A DNA stretch of 64,000 bases from Camelus dromedarius (Eukaryota). Each line of letters opens with the position of its first letter. The first letter of the stretch is position 1. The notes under the pieces were generated by a model that was not told where the DNA came from, did no database searches, and saw only the letters and a program-made list of their open reading frames with translations. The translations under genes and the position numbers were made by a program. Location: assembly GCF_036321535.1 (NCBI RefSeq), contig NC_087437.1:79672001-79736000 (forward strand). Reading direction: 5' to 3'. Below, in pieces: positions 13,906 through 26,205 of the stretch.

Positions 13906-16679
13906 TACTACAGAAGACACAGTTAAAGGAACAGCCATTGGACTATGCCAAGACATGGAGCGTAAATCTTGTTCCTTTGTGCTCCTTTTAAACCATACCA
14001 TCTATTTTTGACCCCATAAATTACAGAGTTCTGTCATGCTGAATTTTATAATAACAAAGCATGATGATGATCCTACAGTGATATGACAAGTATTTTAATA
14101 TACTAAAAGCCTAACTCTTCTGTGTAGATGGACAACAACATTACAGGGCCAATCACAATTTCTACGCCTTTGAGTATCATCCTCATTAATTCCTCAAAAG
14201 TATGAGATGGGCAGTCTTTGTCAAATGCCATTATCCCTTCATTTTGTACATAAGAAAAATATTCCTTCTCCACTGTCATCTTTTTTCCTTTCATTCATCT
14301 TCTTTGTTTCAATTTTCCCTTTCATGCTTGGTGTTAAGATAAGGAAACACTGAAAGTTATTAAGGGTTCTTGGGTTTGTTCTAACAACAAAGTGTGCTTT
14401 GTCTAAGAGTTATCAAAACATAAGGACTAGCTAAGACAAAGTAATTTCTTTTAGAACTAAGAATTTTGAAAGTAATTTTAATTGCTATGTAATTATTTGA
14501 TTTACCATTTTGCCAATGAATTTTGGAAAATTAGTTCTCTGAAAACATTTGTACGAATGAGCCATGTAGGTTCTCTCCTCCATCAGTCACAAATTTTCCA
14601 AGTGACAGTAAGTAAATGGCTTATACTTTTTATTTTCAAAGTGGCAATGCTAAATATCAATATGCTTCACCTAAATAACTAAACTTCACAGAAGACTATT
14701 TAATCTCCATTTATAGGGGAAAAAATGAGGACTTACAAATCAGGCAAAAGTCTGGCAAGAATTGAGTATGGCTAATTAATACATTCCTAAGCCAACCAAA
14801 AAACTAATTCTTTACAAATAAAGGACTGAAAAAATGGAAGAAGCCAGACTTTGTCCAGGGAGAACAAACAAACAGGGAAAGAACTGGAATGAATACAAAG
14901 TACCAATATGATACTTATTTTGATGAACAAATTTTTAAAATTAATTGCTTTCATGCCTTCTATACTACTGAATCCCAAGGGAGAATGGTACATCAAATCT
15001 TTGGAGGGTATTTTTAGTTTCGAAGTATGTTTGTTAGTTTTGAACCATGATTATAAAATCTGTAAGAAGAGCATCTTCTACATTATTTGGTTATCCAAAT
15101 AATAAAATAGTAAAGTAAATAGTAAAGCATTATTTTCACATAATATTTCATTTTAAGAAAAAAAGTAAACTTTTTTGGAGTTTTAAATAATAATGTTAAA
15201 GTTTATTTTAGTGACATGAAGACAAAAGTTAGAATTATTATTCTAAAGGGCAAAAGATTAACAATGCTAATGTCATAGAAGTAAAGGCAAATTAATGGAC
15301 AACAAATCAGTTACAAAAGGTTTAAAAAGCAGGCACTTGCCTTTTAGGAATAATTTTGAACAATGCCAAATACTGATCTTCTTTTCATGGAAGTCAGAGT
15401 TCTAAAATTTTTTAAAATGCTAAAACTAAAAGAACTGCAAATATAGGATATTCTCACCACCTCTGTAACTCGATAATCCTCTCTCCCAAAGGAGAAATAA
15501 CAATATAATGATAAATAATGGTAGCAAGAAGGCAGAAAAGGAAAATTTGTTAATGTTCAATTATCTGATTCTCCTATAAAAATGACTATATAATGTTTAA
15601 TAGCAGAAAAATTTTTTAGGAGGCTCTCCAAAACGTGAGAGGATCACAAAATTCTAGCTTCCATTATCTTAGTAAACATATCTGTGTCTTCTATTCCTTC
15701 CTTTTATGTTGTTCACAGGTGTTGAGTAGACAATTTGAAACATAGTAACTTGGAAAATGGTCTATTGTCTCTATACAGAGAGGTACAAAAACCAGGTTTC
15801 TGTCCAATTTGGTAATCTACTGCCTTGGCAGTATTTAAATACACACAGCAGCTGCAACTATTCTCTGATCTGACTAACGATTTATACACTGAGAGCAACT
15901 CTGAGGAAGAAACACTGAGAAAATGATGAAGCAGTATTTGGGCAGCGCACCATGCCTTTAATGAAGCAATAACAGAAATAGACTCTTTCCAAATCATTAG
16001 CACTGTCCTCTTGAATTATCATGTATGCATGATGTCCTAATCTCAAATGCCATGTGAAAATCTCACTTCCAAGAAGGACTATGAAAATGCCTTTTGTCCA
16101 TACCCATTATTTAGCTATTTTACTTTAAAAAGTATTGATGGTTTATAATATCTCTGTGGTCATGAATGTTAATTCACCTTGGAAATTTTGTTCATTCCTA
16201 TTTTATTTACTAAAAGCAAAATATCTAGACCTAGTAGCAAGCTTAATATGGAACCAAATCACAATTAAAACCCAGTCCCCAACAGTTAGTTGAAGACTCA
16301 GATGAAAGTCAACAAACTGGAATTAATATCTTCATTATTATATTAAACATGAGAACTGAATAGACAGAGACTTGTCAAACTGTTTTTGGCTTTGGAACTG
16401 ATCAGTGTATTTGTGTTCTGTTCATAATGCCTGAAGAAGAGTAATGACTTTGAGCATAGACTTGGCTTTCTAATTTTCTATATGTCTGTTACATTTTATT
16501 ACTTCATGCTTGAAGCCAGAGTAAGTAATTTTTTAAATCAGAAATCTGCAATGAATTGCCAAAATAAACCCAAGAGAAAACAAAGACCCAAAAACCTTGT
16601 CCTACAGTCACTAAAGTTATTAAACAAATATAGACTCTCAAGAAAGTAGCTGTCATAACCAAAATGATCTAGACAATAA

Positions 16680-17300
16680 CAGACCACTATACATCTACTA
16701 GAATGGTCCAAACATGGAAACAGCCAAGATGCCCTTCATTAAGTGAATGGACTAAAAAATGTAGTAAATCCAGACAATGGAATGTTATTCAACTCTAAAA
16801 AATGAGTGATCAAACCATGAATATACATAGAGGAACCTTAAATGCTTACTAAGTAAAAGAAACAAAACTAAAAAGACTATAAACTGTATGATTCCAACTA
16901 TAAAATATTCTGGAAATTGCAAAACTATAGATATAGAAGATCAGTGGTTAGCAGGGCGGGGACTGTGGAAGATGAATAGGTGGAACACAGAATTTGAGGG
17001 CAGTGAAAATACTCTGATACTACCATGATGGACACAATTCATTTTGTATTTGTCCAAACCCATAAAATGTACAACAACAAGAGTGAACCCTAAGGTAAAG
17101 TATGAACTTTGGGTGATTATGATGTGTCAGTTTAAGTTCATCCTTGGTGAAAAAGAAAACATTCTGGTGACTGATGTTTGTAATGAGAAAGACCATTACA
17201 AACTGATGGATGTATTGGGGTAGGAAGTCAGAAAATCTCTACCTTTCTCTCAGTTTTGTTGTAAACCTGAAACTGTTCTAAAAACAGTCTTTTAAAAAAT
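16680..17300 (+). mobile_element. L1MC-like 3' end
   Basis: ggaaacagccaagatgcccttca, gaggaaccttaaatgc, gtatgattccaactata, gtgaaccctaa...gaactttgggtgat, taaacctgaaactgttctaaaa. Confidence 0.85.
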
Positions 17301-17459
17301 GTAGTGGGATTTAAGGAAAATACTACTAACAGGAGCAACACATACTATGAGTAGTTATAATGTAATCAAAATATAATTTTAAAAATCCATGGGTAAAATT
17401 AAAAGTATTGGCAACCTAAAAGAAAACCTGTCATATGGAGAAAGATGACATATGGAGAT

Positions 17460-18993
17460 AGCTGCAAGCTATACTACAAAGCTATAGTAATCAATACAGT
17501 ATGGTACTAACATAAAAACAGACACACAGGTGAACGGAATTGAATAGAGGGCCCAGAAATAAACCATACACATATGGTCAATTGATTTATAACAAAGGAG
17601 CCAAGAATATACAATGAGGGAAAGACATGCTCTTCAATAAATGATGTTGAGAAAATAGGACCACCACATGTAAAAGGATGAATCTGGGCCACTATCTTAC
17701 ACCATACACAAAAACTAACTCAAAATGGACTAAAAGATTTGAACCTAAGACCTAAAACCATAAAACTCCTAGAAGAAAACATAAGCAGTAAGTTCCTTAG
17801 CATCAGTCTTTGCAATGACTCTTTCAGATTTGATACCAAAGGCAACAAAAGCAAAATAAAGTAAATGGAACTACATCAATCTAGAAAGCCTCTACACAGC
17901 AAAGGAAACCAACAAAAGGGAAAGACAACCTACCAAACAGGAAATAATATTCGCCAATTATCTAACGAGGGCTATTATCCAAAATACGTAAAGAACTTAA
18001 CGGCAAAAAGCAAACAATCCAAGTAAAAAATGGCAGAGAAACTGAATGGACACTTTTTTTTTTCCCAAAAAAGACATACAGGTAGCCAATGGGTACATAA
18101 AAAGACATTCAACATCACTAATCATCAGGGAAATGTAATTAAAAACCACAATGAGCTTTCACTTCACACCTGTTAGAATGGCTATCCTCAAAAAGACAAG
18201 AAATAACAAGTGTTGGTGAGGTTATAAAGAACCATGATCTTGTACACTATTAGTGAAATTGTAAATAGGTAAAACCAATACAGAAAACAATATGGAGCTT
18301 CCTCAAAATTTAAAAATAGAACTATCATTTGATCTACCAATTCCTCTTTTGGGTATTTGTCTGAAGAAAATGAAAACACTAACTGGAAAAGATACATGCA
18401 TGTCCATGTTCATTGCAGCATTGTTTACAATAGCCAAAACATGAAACAAGCTAAGCACCCACTAACGGATGAACGGATAAAGAAAATGTGGAATATATAT
18501 GCAATGGAGTAGTATTCAGTTATCAAAAAGAAGGATATCTTGCTATTTGCAACAATGTGGATGGCCCTGGAGGGCATTAGGCTAAATGAAATAAGTCAGA
18601 CAAGGACAAATACATATGATCTTAATTATATGTGGACTCTAAAAAACAAAAACCTAATACTGATCTCATATATACAGAGAACAGATTGGTAGTTGCCAGA
18701 GGCAGGGGTGGGGGTAGACAAAATAGTTGGAAGGGGGGCAAAAAAGTACAAGCTTCCAGCTATAAAGTAATGTCATAGGAATGTAATGTACAGCTTGGAG
18801 ACTATAGTTAATACTGTATTGTATATTTGAAAGTTGCTAAGAAAGTAGATCTTTAAATTTTTTATCACAAGAAAAAAGTGTAACTATGGGTGGTAATGGA
18901 TATTAACTAGACTTACTGTGATCATGTCACAATATATACAGTGAATCACTATGCTATACACCTGAAACTAATGTCAATTATATCTCAATTAAA
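17460..18993 (+). mobile_element. 5'-truncated L1 (L1MA-like; ORF2 3' part and 3'UTR)
   Basis: ctatactacaaagctatagtaatcaa through cacctgaaactaat...tatctcaattaaaaa; ORF2 disrupted. Confidence 0.9.
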
Positions 18994-19014
18994 AATTTAA
19001 GAACATGAAGGTAG

Positions 19015-19700
19015 GAAGACTAAATATTGTGAAGATATTTTTCCTCTAAGTAAGCTATTAATTCAGTGTGATCCTGATGAAAATTCTAAAAGAGCTATTC
19101 ATAGATAATGACAAAGTAATTCTCAAATTCATATCAAAAAACAAATATCCAAGAATAATCAACATAACTTTGGAAAAATCAAAAGAGGAAAATACAACTT
19201 TAGTTATTAAAACAATGTGGCATTAGCCAAATGATAGACAAACAGTGAAAATGAATAGACTAGACCAATGCTTACCTAGAAATACAGTACAATATTTTGT
19301 AGCACAAAAATCAGTAGGAAAGGGTTCAATCAAAATTTTCAGCAGAACTGACTAACCATATAGAAAAATATGAAAATCGTCCCATTTTTCAAATTTTCCA
19401 TGTAAATTTAAGAATGAAAAATAAGTCAGACAGAAAGACAAATATGTATGACCGCAATCATATGTGGACTCTAAAAAACAAAAAACTGAACTCATATATA
19501 CAGAGAATAGATTGGTAATTTTAGGGAATAAGGCTTTTGATACTTATAATGGAGAGATGCTTTGTGATGGCAAAGTCCTAACCATAAAATAAAATTTAAC
19601 AACCTTAAAAATATTTTAAAATTTCAACAAAATACAATAAAAACAAACTCAAAAGATAAGCCACATAATGGTAGAAGATGATTACCTTACATATGTATTA
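19015..19700 (+). mobile_element. Old L1 ORF2 fragments
   Basis: gactaaatattgtgaagat, aattctcaaattcatat, ttattaaaacaatgtggcattagc; interrupted by a copy of an L1 3'UTR piece at 19413-19520. Confidence 0.6.
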
Positions 19701-20349
19701 AATGTACCACAAATATCTAATAGGTATTTACAAAGAAACCAAGAACTGTTTGTCAAGATGCTTTGAACACAAAAGTGACATAATTAAGTAGAGATCCCAG
19801 ACCTCATAGATCTCACATTCTGGTAGGCATAGAGAGATGAGAATAAACTATCAACATAATAATGAGTTAAATATAAGTCAATTAAAACATAATTAAAAAC
19901 ACAAACATAAATTATATAAAAGTAAACATAATAAGCTAAAAAATAAACAGTGCGATAACATGTTAATTATCTGTTAGAGCTATGGTCTGTAAAGGAAGCG
20001 ATATCTTCAAAAGACTTTTCTAACAGAGTAAGAAAAAGGGAGCATTCAGAGAGAGGTTAAAGATTTAATGTGGAGAGGACACTGCTAAAAGAAAGAAAAA
20101 CAAAGGAGTTTTGGAGTTTCATCCTGCCCACTTCTAATATTGCATCCTTTGGGGTAAATAAGCCTACGGAAATTTGGTCTGCACCCTGCCGTGGCACTCT
20201 TGGGAAACATGTATCAGTGAATAGTAGCTCCCAGTTCTGACAGTTCTAGACTTCTAGCAACTGACGGATCACTGAAGGAGCTCTCACTAATCTTTGGAGA
20301 AAGTAGTGCCGGGTGAGATTTCCTGAAAGTAACAAATTCATCATAGACA

Positions 20350-20560
20350 CAGCTAACATTTACTGAGTGCTTATTACACGCAAGACACTCTTCTAAATTC
20401 TCTACCTGCAGCAATTTATTTCCATTTCACCATATTCCTCTAAAATAGGGAATAGTATTATCCCCACGCTGCAGATCAGATGACTGGGTATAGAGATGTT
20501 AAGTGCACTGCTCTGCTCTGAGGTACAGAGAAGTTGTGTAATTTGTCACTGACACTGAAT
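20350..20560 (-). mobile_element. MIR SINE remnant
   Basis: gctaacatttactgagtgcttatta...tattatcccc...gcagatcagatgactggg. Confidence 0.7.
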
Positions 20561-20589
20561 AAGTGACAGAGATGTTTTTAAAAGTATTT

Positions 20590-22360
20590 GGGGGCAAACA
20601 GTTTCAAATTTACAGAAAAATTACAAAGAAAGCACAGAGAATCCCCCCATCCATTGCCCCCTAATATTAACATCTTACATTAGTTTGGTATATTACTAAT
20701 CATAACATGACTGTTAACTGAAGTCCATACTTTATTCAGATTTCCTTTTTTTTTTTTTTTTTTTTTGCCTAATGTCCCTTTGCTATTCCAGGGTCGTATA
20801 TAGGATACCACAAATATCACATTACAGTTAGTCCCATTTCTCCTAGAGAGCCCCTTGGTTATGACTGATTCTCAGACTTTCCTTACTTTTAACATCCTTT
20901 ACAGTTCCCAGGAATACTGGTCAATTTCCCTCTATTGTGATCTAATTTTTTATATCACGATTAGACTGGGGTTATGGCTTTTGGAAGAAGACCACAGGAA
21001 TAAAGTACCAGTTCTGTTACATCACATCAATAATGTATACTACCAATATACTTACCAATGCTGACGTAGACTTTGATTACCTGGCTAAGGTACCGAGATT
21101 TTGGAGAATTGATATAATTCCTCAAGTATTTGATAATAGTCACCAGTGACACCAATCTGGTCGTGTTGCCTTCTCTTTTGAAAGATTATTAATTCAAATT
21201 TTTTGATACAGGGCTTATCTATTAGATAATTATCAGATTATTTACCTTTATGTGAGTTTGGGTTATCTGTATCTTTCAAAGAATTGGTCCATTTTATCTA
21301 GATTATCAAATGTATAGGCATATAGTTGTTTACAATATTCCTTTTTAATCCTTTTAATACCATTCTGACCAGTAATTACCCTTCTTTCATTTTTTGTTTC
21401 TTCAAATTGTTAGTGAAGTATATTTGACTCATAATATTTTATCAGTTTCAGGTGTACAACCTAGTACATAGTGATTTGATATTCTTAGAGTATATTCCAT
21501 ACAGTTATTATAAAATATTGACTATATTCTCTGTGCTGTATGTTACATCATTGAAATTTATTTTATATCTAATAGTTTGTACCTCTTAATCCCCTTCATC
21601 TTTCTTGCATCTCCCCCCTACCATTTTGGTAACCACTAGTTTGTTCTCTGTATTTGAGTCTGTTTTGTTATATTAATTCCTTTGTTTTATTTTTTTAATT
21701 ACACATATAAGTAAAAAACATACAATAATCACCTTTCTCTGACATTTCACTAAGCATAATACCCTCTAGGTCTATCCATGTTGTTGCAAATGACAAAATT
21801 TCATTATTTTTATGGCCGAGTAATATTCCATTGCCGTGTGTGTGTGTAAGTGTGTGTGCGTGTGAGTACATCATCATCTTTCATTTATGATGCTGGTATT
21901 TGGTGTCTTTTTCCTTGGTTAGCTTGGTCAGAGCTTTGTCAAATTTTATTCATCTTTTCATACAACTGGATTTTTATTTCATTGATTTTCTGTTTTCCTA
22001 TTTTAAAATTCATTGATTTACACTCTAATTTTACTTATTTTCTTCATCTTTCTTGAGGCTTCAAGTGTTCTTTTTTCTCTAGTTTGCTAATGCAGAAGCT
22101 TATTAGACTATTGATTTTAGGGTTTTTTCCAAATATATGTATATTACTGCTATAAATTTCCCTCTAAGCACCACTTTTGCTGCAACCCACAAATTTTGAT
22201 AAGCTTTATTTTCACTTATTTTCATTTACTTCAAAGTATTTTTAAATTTCTTGAGATTTCTTTGACCTATGTGATATTTTAAAGCATGCTAAGTAATCTC
22301 CAAATATTTGAGGATTTTCCAAATACTTTTCTGTTACTGATTTCTAATTTAAATGTTTTG
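20590..22360 (-). mobile_element. Old L1 (L1MC/L1M4-like) antisense, interrupted by a younger L1
   Basis: tttacagaaaaattacaaaga, gctataaatttccctctaagcac, cccacaaattttgata are antisense L1 3'UTR/ORF2 motifs. Confidence 0.75.
21393..21876 (-). mobile_element. Nested younger L1 3' end with 10 bp TSD
   Basis: Antisense L1 3'UTR with (TG)n; flanked by tctttcattt at 21383-21392 and 21877-21886. Confidence 0.85.
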
Positions 22361-22389
22361 AAAATATAAATTGCATTAAAAAAATATCC

Positions 22390-22530
22390 TGAGAGGCCTC
22401 AGGAGAAACCACAACTGCTAACACCTTGATCTGGGACTTCCAGCTCCAGAATTCTAAGGAAATAAATCTCTCATGTCTAAGACACCAGCCCGTGGTATTT
22501 TGTCATGGCATCCCTAGAAAACTAATACAG
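22390..22530 (+). mobile_element. MLT1 LTR 3' fragment
   Basis: acaccttgatctgggacttccagctccagaa...ggcatccctagaaaactaataca. Confidence 0.8.
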
Positions 22531-23177
22531 TAGTTGTGGCAGAGAAGATGTGATTAATAACCTTACGATTAGTCCCAGCTTCTTATCAGTCCTGTGTTCC
22601 TGAGTCCTGAGCGTCACAAAGTTTTAGCTTGTCCTTTCTCATCCTCAGATAAAAGCAGAGGCTAAAGGGATACAGAGTAAGTCAGATACCTCCTCCTAAG
22701 TGAGATAAGCCTCTGATAGAGTCTCTTACCCTGAAGAGCAGGATTTCCTCTGTTCCTGTATCACAATGCTTAATTTTTCCCTTTGCATACCAGGTGCACA
22801 AAGATCTTTCCTGGACTTTTGTAGTATGGACATGGCGTGATTCCTGAGGCTAAAAACTCATTACAGCACAGGGCCTTCTTAATACCGCAGTCCCCGGGAG
22901 TTCCTCACACTCATGCTAATCTACAGCTCAGCTCCAACAAGGTGTCAAAATTACCTTTAAGTGTTCCTATCAATTTCTGGCTCCAGTGGGGTCTGTCCCA
23001 AATAAGCAGGTCTTACTTGTGACTCTCTAGGCTTACACCTGTTTCTCTAGTTTTCCTGGTGACACTTTTTACACTACCACTGGTTTGCAGCCCAAATTGT
23101 TCTTGTTGTGAGGAGAGCACTGACTTCCAAGGTCTTCATATGTCAGAGCTGAAAACAGAAATCCCCAGAGCCACTTT

Positions 23178-25710
23178 TTTTTTTAACTTGAAATACAGTT
23201 GCTACATATTATTATTTAATTTACAAAGGTAAAGCATAGTAACTCGCAAATTTTAAAGTTTAAAATCCACTTGTATTTATGTTAAAGTATTGACTTTATT
23301 CCCCATGTTGCACAATGTGTCCTTGTAGCTTGTTTTATACCTAATAGTTTTTACCACTTAGTCCCCTTCCACTTCCCCTCTGGTTTGTTCTCTGTATCTG
23401 TGAACTTTTTTGTTATATTTACTACTCTGCTGTATTTTTCAGATTCCAGATGTAAATGATATCATATAATACTTGCCTTTCTCTCTGGCTTATTTCACTT
23501 AGCATAATGCCCTCCAAGTCCGTCCATGTTGCTGCAGATGGCTGAGTAGTAGTCCAAGGTATATATACCACATTGAATTTACCACATCTTCTTTATCTAC
23601 TTTTCTGTTGATAAACACCTAGGTTGCTTTCATACCCTGGCAGTTGTAAATAATGCTGCTAGGAATATTGGGGTGCATGTATCTTTTTGAATCAACATTT
23701 TCAATTTTTTCCAGATCTATATCCAGGAGTAGAACTGCTGGGTCATATGGCAGTTCTATTTATAGTTTTTCTTTTTTTAATTCCATATTGTTTTCCACAG
23801 TGGCTGTTACCAGTTTACATTCCCATCAACAGTTTATGAAGTTTCCCTTTTCTCCACATACTCGCCAACATTTGTTATTTGTGTTCCTTTTGATGACAGC
23901 CTTTTTGACAGGTGTAAGGCAGTATCTCATTGTGGTTAATATGCATGTCCCTGTTGATTAGTGATGTCGAGCATCTTTTAATGTACCTGTTGCCCACCTT
24001 TATGTCTTCTTTGGAAAAGATACCTATTCAGTTCTTCTGCCGTTTTTCAGTAAGGTTGGTTTTTGGTTGTTGAGTTGTATGAGCTGTTTATATATGTTGG
24101 AAATTAATCCCTTATTGGTCATATCATTTGCAATTATTTTATACCATTCTGTAGGTTCTTTTTGTTGTGTTAATAATTTCCTTTGCTATGCAAAACTTTT
24201 AAGTTTCATTAGATCCCATTTGTTTATTTATTTTTTACTTTCATTTCCTTTACTTTAGGGGAAGGATAAAAAATAGAAATACTGCTTCAATTTGTGTCAA
24301 AGAATGTTCTGCCTATGTTTTCCTGTAGGAGTTTTTTATTTTCTAGCCTTACATTTAATCCATTTTGAGTTTATTTTTGTATATGGTGTTAGGGAATGTT
24401 TTAATTTCATTCTTTTACATGTAACTGTCCAGTTTTCCCAGCACCACTATTGAAGAGATTGTCTTTCCTCCATTGTGTATTCTTGCCCTCTTTGTTCTAG
24501 ATTAACTGACTGTAAATTATGGATTTATTTTGGGGCTCTCTATTCTGTTTCACTGATCTTTGTATCTACTTTTGTGATCAGACAGTGTGATTCCTCCAGC
24601 CATGTTCTTTTTTTTTTTTCAAGATTCTTTTGGCTATGCAGGATCTTTCGTATTTCCACACAAATTTTAAAATTCTTGTTGTAGTTCTGGGAAAAAATGC
24701 CATTGGTATTTTGACAGGAATTGCAATAAATCTGTAGATTGCCTTGGGTAATATGGTCATTTTAATAATATATCTTTCAATACAAGAACACAGCATATCC
24801 ATCTGTTTATGTCTTCAATTTCTTTCATCAATGTCTTACAGTTTTCTGAGTACCAATCTTTTACCTCCTTAGGTAGGTTTATTCCCAGGCATTTTATTCT
24901 TTTTGATGTGATGGCAAATGGAAATGTTTTCTTAATTTCTGACAGTTCATTGTTATTGCATAGAAACACAACAAATTTCTGTATATTAATTTTGTACCCT
25001 GCAACTTTATTGAATTCATTTCTGAGCTCTAGTAGTTTTCTGGTGGCATCTTTAGGATTTTCCATGTATAGTAGCATGTCATCTGCAAACAGTGACAGTT
25101 TTAGTTCTTCTTTTGCAATTTGGATTCCTTTCATTTCCTTTTCTTCTGATTGCTGCAGCTAGGACCTCCAATACTATGTTGAATAAAAGCGGCAAGATCG
25201 GGCATCCTTACCTTAGAGGAAGTGCTTTCAGCTTTACACCACTGAGCATGAAGTTAGCTGTGGGTCTGTCATATATGGCCTTAATTCTGTTGAGATATGT
25301 TTCCTTTAGGCCCACTTTCTGGATAGTTTATATCAAAAATGGATGGTGAATTTTTATCAAAAGCTTTTTTCTGAGTCTATTGAGATGATCATATGATTTT
25401 TATTCTTCAGTTTGTTAATGTGGTGTATCACATCACTTGATTTGAAGATATTAAAAAGTCCTTGTATCTCTGGGATAAATCTCACTTGAACATGGTATAT
25501 GGTCCTTTTAATGTATTTTTTAATTCAGTTTGCTATTATTTTGTTGAGCATTTTTGCATCTATGTTCATCAGTGATATTGGCCTGTAATTTTCTTTTCTT
25601 GTAATATCTTTGTCTGATTTTTGTATCAGGGTGATGCTGGCCTCATAGAATGAGTTCAGAACTGTTCCTGCCACTGCAATTTTTTTTTTTTTTACAATAG
25701 TTTGAAAGGA
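23178..25710 (-). mobile_element. 5'-truncated L1 with 14 bp TSD
   Basis: Poly-T at ~23175; antisense ORF2; TSD cccagagccacttt (23164-23177) / cccagaaccacttt (25711-25724), one mismatch. Confidence 0.92.
24578..25134 (-). pseudogene. L1 ORF2 reverse transcriptase remnant
   Basis: ORF track reads KGIQIAKEELKLSLFADDMLLY (RT YADD/FADD motif), LGINLPKEVKD, and ILPKAIYRFIAIPVKIP in a shifted frame. Confidence 0.92.
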
Positions 25711-25734
25711 CCCAGAACCACTTTCTCAATCTAG

Positions 25735-26205
25735 GAGATGATGGTCTAGGCCCTGTGCTCTTGACTAGTCTACTACACTCTTCAGGGAGGTCATTCAGAC
25801 ACTGACCCATGGTGTGGTTCTGGACAACTGGAGGCTCCTCACCCCATCTACCCCATCTCCTGTACTTGGAATGTGTGTTCCACTTGCATGCTGCATTCCC
25901 AGAAGCTGACCCCCAAATACAGCCTCGAGATGGAAATGTGGTGTTGAGACCATCTGGATGGTATATGTGACTGAACCCAGTTAAAACCTCTATAAAAAAG
26001 AGTTTTAAGATTTGGTGGGTGGGTGCAGAAATCTATTTCTTTTGCAGCCACCCAAGACATGTAAGTTCCCTTGCTCATTAAACTTGCTACCTACCAATCT
26101 GAAGTGGTCTGCCTCTTTCTTTAGTCTCCCCTTGCCTTCTGCATAGGGAGAGTGGGCAGCTTCAGATTATACCTGGGAAGATCCCTGAAGAGGCTGCAAA
26201 TCAAT
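25735..26205 (+). mobile_element. ERV-type solo LTR (family uncertain)
   Basis: LTR layout: tataaaaa (~25991), gtaagttcccttgctcattaaactt poly(A) region (~26077), pyrimidine-rich U5-like tail. Confidence 0.6.

Noticed and set aside
14103..14294. 63 aa minus-strand ORF with protein-like composition
   Set aside because: No recognisable family or supporting splice/promoter signals; length expected by chance
15713..16003. 96 aa Cys-rich minus-strand ORF
   Set aside because: Non-ATG start, no recognisable domain spacing, no exon boundaries
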